Below are positions 53,086-64,000 of a stretch of DNA of 64,000 bases, one piece after another. Source of the DNA: Octopus sinensis (lineage: Eukaryota). The notes below the pieces were generated by a model. It searched no databases and had not been told where the DNA came from. It saw only the letters and a program-made list of their open reading frames with translations. Location: NCBI RefSeq assembly GCF_006345805.1, contig NW_021831990.1, forward strand, positions 229-64,228, written 5' to 3'. Each line of letters opens with the position of its first letter. Positions within the stretch are counted from its first letter, which is position 1. A program made the translations under genes and the position numbers.

Positions 53086-54644
53086 TGCAGATTCTCTGTC
53101 ATGGTCAATGCGACGATCACACGCTACACACCTTCCTTCAAAGCATTGCTGTAAATGACAGAAGTGAGCTAGAACGTTAAAACTTATTGAGCATGCACAG
53201 CAGAGTTTCAGGTCAACCTGTACCAAGCGGCCTTACTCTATGTGCTTTAACTTCGTAACTATGGCAGCTGTCCGGATACTTATTGATCAGACCATGTATG
53301 AAGATAGCCATGTAATGTTTGTCTTTAAGTAAGGCTAAGAATGCTTTGACACATGGACGTTCAGTTGTGTGTGTGTGTGTATGTGTAAATATAGTAACCT
53401 TTTATCTTAAGTGTGTCTATGTGAATATGTATATGTGTGGTTATATGTTACTGTACTGGTAAAGCGTATGAGCTCGTGTATATGATTATGGAAGGGATTG
53501 TGTGTGTGTGAGTGTGTGTGTGTGTGTGGTTATGCATGAGTATGCGTATGTATATATTGATATGTACTCCGATCAGTGTGCGTTTGCATACATGAGCTTA
53601 TAGGTATGAACACATTGTGCGTGTATGTGTGTGTGCGCCTGTGTGGTGTGAGTGTGTGTGTGTTTGTGTGCTTGTGTGTGTCTGTGTGCGTGCGTGTGCG
53701 TGTGTCCTTCTGTACAATTGCATTTTTTAAAACATAAATGGCGTGTCTGTTTGACCTAAAACAAAATAGATAAATAAACAAATACGCGTTTGAATTTCGA
53801 TGAAACTTTAATTAAAGGGAGACGTGAATAAGAATAAAGATTGGCGGTGGGAGGAGCGGGCAGAAAAATTAGCGAAAAGTGTCTTACAATGTGAGAAAGC
53901 GTGGAGAGAGAGAGAGAGGGAGGGAAGGAAGGAGAGAAAATTACAGAGAGACAACAAACGACAGAAAGAGAACGAGCGAGGAAGATGGCGAGACTAGGAA
54001 GAGGAGGGAATTTTACAATAAATCTTATTATGCTGAAAGCAACTTGAACACTTTTGCCACTTTCACTTTCACTTTTAAATAGGCTTAAATTCTGAAGAAT
54101 TGTAAATAATTCCCACAGTCCCAAGAGCCTTTAAATACTAAAATCGCCCGTCCACAGTTACATGCAATCTGCTGCCATCTTTCGAAAGCGTCTTAGAAAC
54201 ATTTCATCGTTTTCATCGTTTTACCAAACACGCATCTGCCAACAGCAGCACACACGAAATAACGTAGAATAAAACGCAATCACACACTTACATTTTAATA
54301 AATCATAGAAATGTTTGGTTTTAATCAAACCTTTCAGTAGAGAAACTGGAAAATATTCTGTAAGAAGCAGTGAATTGAGGATTACACTGTAAGATTTTAA
54401 TATCGATTTCTTCCTCAAGAACAATGGTGAATTTTCTTTTCTTTTTTTTTCTTGTAGAGTGGAGGGATGGGTTTAGTTGACGAGATCGATCGACGATCTG
54501 CACACATACTCACACGCACACACACTTACATACTTATATGCATATGTGTGTATACATTACACAAGCATACAAGTACATGCGGATGTACGCACATATATAT
54601 CTATATGTATGTATATATATATGTGTGTGTGTGTGTGTGTGCGT

Positions 54645-54714
<70 letters not shown>

Positions 54715-54759
54715 ATATATATATACATTTTTATGTGGATATGATATATATTAATATAT

Positions 54760-55322
54760 AGGGTTGGCAACTAAGTTCCCGCCGGTTTTGGTTTTTTTTT
54801 ATTTTGGAAATTATTGCGTTTTCAAATTTTGGAATCCATTTTTTTCTAGAATTCTATTTTTGAATCATTTTGGAATCTATTTTGTTTCTTGGGGGTTTTT
54901 TTAATTAATTTTAGTTAATTTTTGTTTATTTTCAGATCATTAAAATGGAATGTCAAGTTAAGAACAACGGGCATTTTCAACACCTTCTTTTTGCTTTTGA
55001 TCAAGGTTCTAAGGCCGCAAAAGCTGCTCGCGACATTTGTGCTGTGTAGGGAGAGGGTGCCATAGCTGAAAGAACCGCTCTTGATTGGTATGCCAAGTTC
55101 AAAAATGGAAATTTTGACCTCAAAGACGCACCTAGTTCTGGCCGTCCAGTTGGGTTCGATGAAGAGCGATTAAACCAACTTTTGCACGCACGAAAATTCT
55201 CGTCAAACGACAAGGTAACTGGCAGAGAAAACGGAATGCTCCCACACTGCTATAGAGAAGTATCTTCACTCGATGGAAAAGGTTCAGAAGTATGGAGCAT
55301 GGGTTCCGCATGCTTTAAGTGA
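54760..55322 (+). mobile_element. mariner element 5' half (probable left TIR + N-terminal transposase pseudogene)
   Basis: Translation MECQV...KAAKAARDICAV*GEGAIAERTA..WYAKFKNGNFDLKDAPSSGRP...KYGAWVPHALS contains WVPHxL. It starts after TA at tatagggttggcaactaagttcc and is truncated by a Tx1 fragment. Confidence 0.88.
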
Positions 55323-55324
55323 TC

Positions 55325-56115
55325 GATCCTTCGCAAGACTCCGCAACCGACCCCGAGAGGCACGGCAGACCGGCAAGAAAGTCCTCGAGGACTCACCTAC
55401 CATCAGGACCGCCATCACCTCCGAACAGATGGGCGAAGTACTCCCGAAAAGCGTCACACATTTCCTCGGGTTCATTTACCAAGACACCATTTTGATTCGT
55501 CAAAGACTGAATGGTGGAACTATTTCCTTGTGGAGCTTCCACCACTCGGGCCTATCCAGCGGCCTTGATTCCTTCACTTCCCATTGCACGTAACTTAGCT
55601 CTGGTAATACTTCCCATGTGTTGGGCTTCAAGATGCTGGTTCAATTCCAGTCTCTTCACCTTCACTTGGTCCGCATTACCAGTCCTCCAGGCTTCTAGTT
55701 CCTTAACTAGACCATCTCCTATTCTACGTCCCTTCTTAGCTAAACATGCTAAACCTAATAGACTCATATTTTACGGATCTTTTTAGGGCGAACCACCATT
55801 TTTTATTAATGATGGTACCTATCAATGCCCTCTGTATTAACATCTCGATCCGCTTTCTGTACTCCTCAATCGCCAAAAGGGACGTATTGTGTTTCCAGTA
55901 GCTATATCCTTATCTATGCAACTTATCTACTGTCAGCTTACAGGTAACCATCTTGTGGTCACTGTAGCTGACTAGATAAAAGTGTGGGCACTTAGCTATA
56001 TACTTATCTGTTTCTTCTAATTAAAACCCTATCCAGACATGTTCTGGAAGTCCCGTAACTATTTGACCACGTCCACTTTGTAGTGTTAGGGTGTTCTAAC
56101 CTATTTGGATCTTCC
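55325..56115 (-). mobile_element. Diverged second Tx1-type subfamily fragment (APE C-terminus and linker)
   Basis: Minus-strand translation HPNTTKWTWSNSYGTSRTCLDRVLI...SYSDHKMV...YWK...IINKKWWFALKRSVK...EMCDAFREYFAHLFG aligns by eye to ORF2 at 40500-41250. Confidence 0.8.
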
Positions 56116-56149
56116 ATTAATAACCCATTCTGGTTATAAACACAAAGCC

Positions 56150-56560
56150 TGAAATTTGAGTGGGAAGGGGGAGGTCGATTGCCTTAACCTCAGTGCTCAA
56201 CTGCTACTCATTATATCGACATCGAAAGGATGAAAAGCAAATTCTACCACGACGGAATTTGAACTCAGAGAGTAAAACCAGAAGAAGTATTCTGTCTGAC
56301 CTGCTAACGATTCTGCCAGCTCGCCGCCTTAATGAAAATTATAATGATGGTTTCAAATTTTGGCACAAGGCCAGCAATTTTAAGAAGGATGTTAAGTCGA
56401 TTACTTCGACCCCAGTACTCAACTGGTACTTACTTTACCAACCCGGAAATGATACAAAGTCAAAATCGACCTAGGCAGAATTTGAACTCAGAACGTAAAG
56501 GGGGGAACGAAATGCTGCTGGGCGTTTTTCCCGGTACGGTAAGAATTCTGCCAAATCGAT
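56150..56560 (-). mobile_element. Two diverged SINE family A tail-B copies
   Basis: Two degenerate units with ...aatttgaactcag... and cacaaag/cacaagg tails. Confidence 0.65.
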
Positions 56561-56690
56561 GCCTTCTTCCTTCCCTTTCCTAATACAGGACTGTATATGC
56601 AGTCTGACAGGTTACTTCGGGAGAAATAGCCACATAGCTAAGTAACCGAACACAAAAACACAAAAACAAGGTATGACTATGTGATCATAG

Positions 56691-56916
56691 GGCGGCGAGC
56701 TGGCAGAATCGTTAGCACGCCGGGCGAAATACGTAGCCGTATTTCGTCTGCCGTTACGTTCTGAGTTCAAAATCCGCCGAGGTCGACTTTGCCTTTCATC
56801 CTTTCAGGGTCGATTAAATAAGTACCAGTTACGCGCTGGGGTCGATATAATCGACTTAATCCGTTTATCTGTCCTTATTTATCCTCTCTGTGTTTAACCC
56901 CTTGTGTAAAGAAATA
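56691..56916 (+). mobile_element. SINE family A monomer, tail A, 17-bp TSD
   Basis: TSD gtatgactatgtgatca at 56671-56687 and 56918-56934. Confidence 0.92.
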
Positions 56917-57385
56917 TGTATGACTATGTGATCAACCGTCCTTTCAAGCAACGATTGGCAATTGATGTGATTTAAATTATGAAAAAAAATGTGAATATGG
57001 AAAATATAAATCAACAATATCGATTCACATGAAAGGAAACACGTAACTGTTACTAGATTTAACATGATAAACAGATTTCAAACTGTTATCACCTGATGTT
57101 ATGAAAGCAACTAAATTATAAACATAAATGCAGGTATGGCTAAGTGGTTAAGAAGTTTATTTCCCGACAACGAGATTTCAAGTATCGAAGTAACTTCATG
57201 AATGTTTTTTTTTTTTTTCCGGCAGCCGGACAACGGCCGCCTGAAGGCCGTGTCCGACTCGCTACCTACTTACCGTCTTCAATAAAATAAATTCTTTTGT
57301 TTGAGTCATTTGACTGCTGCCGTGCTGAAGCACCGCCTTAAATGGTTTTTGTAGAAGAAATACACACCCACTCACACACACACAC

Positions 57386-57416
<31 letters not shown>

Positions 57417-57419
57417 TCT

Positions 57420-57721
57420 TTTGTTTCTTCCTTCTCAAGCCATGCCTGGCTCATAAGGGCCGGTTTCCCGGTTTCCTTGGCGTGTAGGTTCCCCACCTGG
57501 ATGGGATGCCGGTTCGTCGCAGGTGAGCTGCAAGATGCAGGAGGAAAGAGTGAGAGAAAGTTGTGGCGAAAGAGTCAGCAGAAGTTCGCCATTACCTTCT
57601 GCCGGAGCCGCGTGGAGCATGGGTGTTTCGCTCATAAACACAAACATCGCCCGGTCTGAGATACGAACCCGCGATCCCCAGACCGCGTGTCCGCTGCTCT
57701 AACCACTAGGCCATGTGCTTC

Positions 57722-57722
<1 letters not shown>
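57420..57722 (-). mobile_element. SINE family C (alternative 3' half)
   Basis: Reverse complement of 8070-8340. A related 3' piece is at 62770-62942 and a partial copy at 61725-61925. Confidence 0.82.
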
Positions 57723-57758
<36 letters not shown>

Positions 57759-57785
57759 GTGTGTGTATGTGTGTGTGTGTATTTG

Positions 57786-58128
57786 AAAGAAGAAAAGAAA
57801 ATGGAGATTAGGAAGTTAATAATTGTTTAGTATTATCAACAAATTGGTCATCTTCACTTACAACCGTTTCAATTATACTCAATCAACATTAAATTTACAT
57901 TTATATGACATGAGCACAATATCATCAGAGAAAAGAAGATGTGCATTTGGATGTTATATGTATGTTTATGAATTCATTTTAGTAAACTGATGATATTATC
58001 CTCATGTCACATAAATGTAAATTTAATGTTTATTGAGTATGAATAGAAACGGCTGTAAGTGAAGATAAGCAATCTGTTGTTAAAGAAACAATTATTAACT
58101 TCCTAATTTCCATTTCTTTTCTTCTTTT
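57786..58128. mobile_element. Foldback/MITE-like element with ~140-bp inverted arms
   Basis: Arms 57786-57928 and 57987-58128 are imperfect reverse complements. Set between dinucleotide tracts. Confidence 0.82.
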
Positions 58129-58159
58129 TAAATGAATATAAAATATATCTTTTATTTAT

Positions 58160-58240
<81 letters not shown>

Positions 58241-58333
58241 CTATTATTTTATGGAAATTCATTCCCTCAAAATACTAGGTATTGAACAAGTATTTGCCTG
58301 GATGAAACCATCCCTTCATGAGGTTTACACATG

Positions 58334-58380
<47 letters not shown>

Positions 58381-58404
58381 TGCGCGTATCAAAAATTATA
58401 TATA

Positions 58405-58636
58405 TATTTCTTTATTGCGCACAAGTGGCTAAACATAGAGGGGACAAACAAGGACAGACAACCGGATTAAGTCTATTACATCGACCCCAGTGCGTAACTG
58501 GTACTTAATTTATCGACCCCGAAAGGATGAAAGGCAAAGTCGACCTCGGCGGAATTTGAACTCAGAACGTAGCGGCAGACGAAACATGGTTACGCATTTC
58601 ACCCGGCATGCTAACGTTTCTGCCAGCTCGCCGCCT
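58405..58636 (-). mobile_element. SINE family A monomer, tail A
   Basis: Flanked by tatcaaaaa(a)ttatatata on both sides. Confidence 0.88.
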
Positions 58637-59443
58637 TATCAAAAAATTATATATAATTAATACTACAAACGGCATTCAGTTATAATGGAAAAAAGTATTA
58701 TCACATGATTTTTCATATTCGGTTTTTCTTTTTCAAATTTGTTGTTTAATAAGACTTACCTGTCTAGTATGGGGGCTGGCCATAAGAAGGAAATCGTCAC
58801 GTACTCGGGAGGAATCCGTCACGCTCTCCAAGATACCAGTGAATAATATTGAATGGATCTTTAAAAAAAAAACTGAAGACTCAAAAAATTATGATTGCTA
58901 TAATTAAGAAGTAATGATAATATAATACAATACATTATTTCTTACAACTCTTAGTCCACATATACTGGTTAACCTTTAGAAATAATTCTTTTTTCTCTTC
59001 GTTTTTGTTTTAATTTTCCTCTTTTAATCTTTCATTTAATTTCGTTACTTCTCTGCTTCTCTCTATGTTTAATCACCGCACTCTATATTTATACCCATTA
59101 GCTTATCTATATCTATTTCCCTCCTTATCTATCTACATATCTATCGATATGTGTAAGTCAATATTTCCATTCATTTCATTTATTTACATCAACCGATTTA
59201 AAAACATGTTTTTTAAGTGTTTCTATCAGACTGGTGTAAACATCCGTAAACGAAAAGGTTAAACTTCGCTTCAATAAATTTCGTTTCGATTTCTGGTTAA
59301 ACAATTTTATCCATTTCCCATCACTAATGTGGTTGACGCTATTTGTGTTTATCGTAATACCAGCACCAAAGAACTGTCTAACTACAGTTCAAAGATAAAA
59401 CAAATACGGACTGTATCGAATCATAGGTTCTAATAGAGTCGGT

Positions 59444-59859
59444 GTATCTTTTCGGTTTGAACGGCAGTTTTTTCTAGCGGTGTCATATGAAATTGTCACC
59501 CATAATTATGACCCTAGTATCGATCTATTGCATTTCAATCTGCTTTAGGGTTAGGGTTAGGGGTGGGGGAAGGGTATCTTTTTTTCTTCACAAATTTAAA
59601 TAAACCCAATCTGTTTCTTAAACGAGGGACATATTCATACGGCACAGAATGTTATTTACCTCAATGGACGTCAGTGATTGGTTGAAATTGCAGAAATTGA
59701 AGAAAAAAAACAACAAATATCTTACAAACTATAGAATTTTCTCAATAAAGCCAAGAGAAAAAGATGTTTTATAAACACATTCTACCAGTATACGAAGTTT
59801 AAAATTTTTTAGTTACCTAGAAATTATGTTAAAAACTGCCGTTCAAACCGGAAAGATCC
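59444..59859. mobile_element. MITE with 28-bp TIRs and 8-bp TSD (Merlin- or hAT-like)
   Basis: Left gtatcttttcggtttgaacggcagtttt, right aaaactgccgttcaaaccggaaagatcc. TSD gagtcggt at 59436-59443 and 59860-59867. Confidence 0.85.
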
Positions 59860-60177
59860 GAGTCGGTTACCCGTTTTCCATAGCGTATAAGTGGTAGAGA
59901 TCACAGCATAACCCCAAAACAGGACTCCACCACGTTGGAGGTTTACTCTTTTACAGCTAAATGGTGGCCTGGAATAAAGTGAAATAGTGATTTGCTAAAT
60001 AACACAACCCACTGCCCAATCAAAGAACAATTTTGCAATCGTGATTGTACCACACTAACCACTGGGTCATACTCCTTCAAATTTCAAAGAATACCTAAAG
60101 AATAATTATCAAGAATGGTATTACCATAATCCTTACCCAACCTAATCCTAAGTCTCCGTCCACTAGACACAAATAAT

Positions 60178-60751
60178 CCTTTCTACTGGAAGCACAAGGC
60201 TTCAATTTTGGAGGAAGGTATTAAGTTGATTACATTGACCCCAGTGCGTAAGTGGTACTTATTTAATCGACCCCGGAAGGATGAAAGGCAAAGTCGACCT
60301 CGGCGGAATTTGAACTCGGAACGTAGCGGCAGACGAAATACCTATTACTTTACTACCCACAAGGGGTTAAACACAGAGAGGACAAACAAGGGCAGACAAA
60401 TGGATTAAGTCGATTATATCCACCCCAGTGCATAACTGGTACTTATTTAATCGACCCCGATAGGATGAAAGACAAAGTCGACCTCGGCAGAATTTGAACT
60501 CAGAACGTAGCGGCAGACGAAATACCTATTTCTTTACTACCCACAAGTGGCTAAACACAGAGAGAACAAACAAGGACAGACAAAGTTTTTAAGTCGATTA
60601 TATCGACCCCTGTGCATAACTGGTACTTAATTTACCGACCATGGAAGGCAAAGTCGACCTCGGCGGAATTTGAACTCAGAGCGTAACGGCAGACGAAATA
60701 CTGCTAAGCATTTCGCCCGGCGTGCTAACGTGTCTGCCAGCTCGCTGCCTT
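60178..60751 (-). mobile_element. SINE family A trimer inside one 17-bp TSD pair
   Basis: Junctions at 60342/60343 and 60526/60527. TSD cactagacacaa(a/c)taat at 60161-60177 and 60752-60768. Confidence 0.9.
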
Positions 60752-61054
60752 CACTAGACACAACTAATATCGGTGCAACACTTGATTTAACTGGGCCCCT
60801 GTTTTAGTCGATCCTACTTTACTAATCCCAGAAGAATAAAAGTCGAAGTCTACTGATGCTTCATCGATTTCGCTTAACCAGTTGCCTAATGTTGCTTTCA
60901 AATTCTTGGCACAAGACAGCAAGTTCGGTGGAGGGGATGAATCGTTTACATCGACCCCAGTACTGAATTGGTACTTATTTTATCGACACTTGACCTTGTA
61001 GTAATAACGACTCTAATAGCTCGCGGCCTTCTCCTGCTATTAATAATTGGTTTC

Positions 61055-61258
61055 ATATTTTGGCACAAGGCCAGTAAGTTCGGTGATAAATCGATTACAT
61101 CGACCCAAGTGTTCAGGTGGTGCTTATTTTATCAAGCCCGAAGGGATTAAATGCAAAGTCGACCACGGCGGAATTTGAACTCAGAACGTATAGACAGACG
61201 AAATGCCGCGCTACGCATTTTACCCGGCGTGCTCACGATTCTGCCAGCTCGCCGCCTT
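61055..61258 (-). mobile_element. SINE family A tail-B variant
   Basis: Family head and body with a tttggcacaaggccag tail. Confidence 0.78.
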
Positions 61259-62092
61259 CTCTCCTATAATTAATAATAAATGATTTTGAATGTATTTTGT
61301 CTTTGAAATTAATCCCTTATAATATGACCAAAAAGAAAAATGATAAAATATCGACCTAAAAATGTCAATATTTAATTCCCTTTCTAAATTATAAGTTCAA
61401 TCCCCGCAGGAATCCACTTTGCTTTCCGTTCTTCACAAAAATCAATAGAACTAAGCGTCCTCAAGAAATAACATCGATTTCAATCAACTCTGTCCTTCTC
61501 TGAGAAAAAAAAAACCTTAGCGCATTCTACTGATACCAGAAATCCTTATTACTGAAAATCTCTTGGATTGAGATGGGAAGTGAGCGGCAGGGTTATAAAA
61601 AGGTTCTCGTTCCCTAGTTGAGTGCGATTTAGTTGACGTTTTCGTCCTGCAATATCCTTTCATATCTGTAATAAATCATAGGACTTAAGCCTGTCGGTGA
61701 AACTTTCACCTCTGATGAAAGCGCATGGCTTAGTGGTTAGTATATACGGCTCGCGGTTGTGAGGCTGTGAGCTTTACTTCCGGCGGTGCATTTTGTTCTT
61801 GAGCAAGACATTTTATTTCACACTTCTCCAGTCTATTCAGCTGGCAAAAATGAGTTGTACCTGTAATTCAAAGTGCCAGCCTTGTCACACTCTGTGTCAC
61901 ACTGAATCTCCCTGAGAACTGCGTTAAAGACACTGTTTCTTTATTAGCCACAAGGGCCCAAAATCGAGGGGGACAAACAAGGACAGACAGGACACTACAG
62001 AGGGGACAATACATAAAACGAATATGACTGAGATGATTATATAACAATGAGGTTATGAATGGCTGCATGCGCCCCTCATCACAAGCAGTACC

Positions 62093-62324
62093 TATTTCTT
62101 TACTACCCACAAGGGGCTAAACATAGAGGGGATAAACATGGACAGACAAACGGATTAAGTCGATTATATCAACCCCAGTGCGTAACTGGTACTTAATTTA
62201 TCGTCCCCGAAAGGATGAAAGGCAAAGTCGACCTCAGCGGAATTTGAACTCACAACGTAACGGCAGCCGAAATACCGCTAAGCATTTCGCCCGCCGTGCT
62301 AACGATTCTACCAGCTCGCCGCCT
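62093..62324 (-). mobile_element. SINE family A monomer, tail A, 19-bp TSD
   Basis: TSD cctcatcacaagcagtacc at 62074-62092 and 62326-62344. Confidence 0.92.
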
Positions 62325-63182
62325 TCCTCATCACAAGCAGTACCATTAATCTGTTTCTTTTACAGTCCATTTTTATCATGTATTTACGTAACAATTAATT
62401 ATCATATTACATACCATTGCAAGTATTTGAACCGTTATATACATTCTCTACAATTGTTCTATTTTTCAATATTTTTTTAAACATAACATAAAACACTTTA
62501 CTCTTTCTTTTTTCCTCTTTTCTCCTTTTTCTTTTTTTCCTGTCAATTTAACATACTTATTTTCTTTTTACTAGTCCTTCATCAATGGTTCAATTCCTAC
62601 TAAATCCACTACTGGTGGCAATTCTTTGAATTCCACCCTTTCTCCTGGTGGGTCAATACTATCTCCACACATTTCTTCCAGTTTCTTGTAATTTTCCTTT
62701 TCGATCACTATCGCCTTCATATCCTCTGCATATATGCATGATGGTACTTTCACTCTTACTATTTGATTAAATTTCTGCTGACTGACTCTTTCGCCACAAC
62801 TTTCTCTCACTCTTTCCTCCTGCATCTGGCAGCTCACCTGTGACGGACCGGCGATCCCGTCCAGATAGAGAACCTATACGCCAATGGAACTGGGAAAACG
62901 GCACCTTATGAGCCTGGGATGGCTCGAGAAGGAACAGACAATTAAATGGCGAGCAAACAGTATCGTTAGCACGTTAGAAAATGCTGTGCGGCATTTTTTC
63001 CAGCTCTTTACTGACGAGGGCAACTTTGCTCCCCTTTACTCCAGGCCTACTTCAGACCTAAATGGTGATGAAAGGACTTTGACGAACCTAGCTAATCAAT
63101 TGAATGACCTAATGATTAATCAAACAAAAACAATCGATTAGTTAACTGATTAAATGGTCAACCAATTAACAAATGAAAATAA

Positions 63183-63311
63183 ACCACATGGTTCCGGGTT
63201 CAGTCCCACTGCGTGGCACTTTGGGTAAGTGCCTTTCTACTATAGCCTCGGGCCGACCAAAGCCTTGTGAGTGGATTTAGTAGACGGAAACTGAAAGAAG
63301 CCCGTCGTATG

Positions 63312-63364
<53 letters not shown>

Positions 63365-63582
63365 AAGTGTGTGTATATGTTTGTGTATCTGTGTTTGTCC
63401 CCCTCAAAAATTGCTTACAACCGATGCTGGTGTGTTTACGTCCCCGTAACTTAGCAGTTCGGCAAAAGAGACCGATAGAATAAATACTAGGCTTACAAAG
63501 AATAAGTCCTGGGGTCGATCTGCTCGACTAAAGGCGGTGCTCCAGCATGGCCACAGTCAAATGACTGAAACAAGTAAAAGAG
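63183..63582 (+). mobile_element. SINE family B, slightly 5'-truncated
   Basis: Matches the family consensus. Confidence 0.88.
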
Positions 63583-64000
63583 TATCTGAAATAGAACTAG
63601 TGTGTCTGTTTATTATTAGCATAATGACCGCTGTCCGAGATACAACAGATTATGTTTCAACACACGAGTTCACATCAGGCATCTTGCAAACCAAGTGCAA
63701 GAACGAAAAGACAAATACCAGTAATATTATCGTGCTTATCAGTCAATTAGCTATGCGACTATTTCTGCTTAAAAATAAGTAGTTTTATGTCTTTTAAAGA
63801 AAGACGGAAGAAACCGGATAATTTACTATTTGGCCTTTTGTTTCGCTGTTGTTTTTAGTTGAACTGAGGTGTTTTGCGATTAGATTCCCTTCAAGCAGAG
63901 TATATTAAACAGATATCAATCATTGTGTAAACACAAAAGCCCAGCACCAACCAACTAAACATACATACATATATATATACATACACACATACATATAGAA

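Noticed and set aside
59545-59565. Chromosome end or telomere
   Set aside because: Only three TTAGGG units, located inside a MITE.

Overview
AT-rich, microsatellite-dense eukaryotic DNA with no convincing host gene. The repeat style suggests a cephalopod such as Octopus, but that is inference. Most long ORF-track entries are microsatellite translations. The real content is transposable elements. (1) A probably full-length ~6.2 kb Tx1/L1-type non-LTR retrotransposon (37985-44141, minus) has a CCHC ORF1 and an APE-RT-zinc finger ORF2. It sits between two (GATA)n tracts, and two 5'-truncated relatives also abut (GATA)n. (2) A tRNA-like SINE shares that LINE's 3' tail, has TSDs starting TAT/GGTAY, and forms head-to-tail dimers/trimers joined at one fixed internal GGTAT site. 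(3) R4/Dong-type pieces are embedded in (TAA)n. (4) There is a Penelope-like RT-GIY-YIG element plus scattered pLTR pieces with hammerhead-ribozyme folds. (5) RTE, CR1/L2, mariner, Tigger, Helitron, MITE and foldback remnants and several other SINE families fill the rest. The best candidate for an undescribed system is the TATC-targeting Tx1 LINE with its self-targeting SINE partner. Element boundaries are approximate unless a TSD is quoted.
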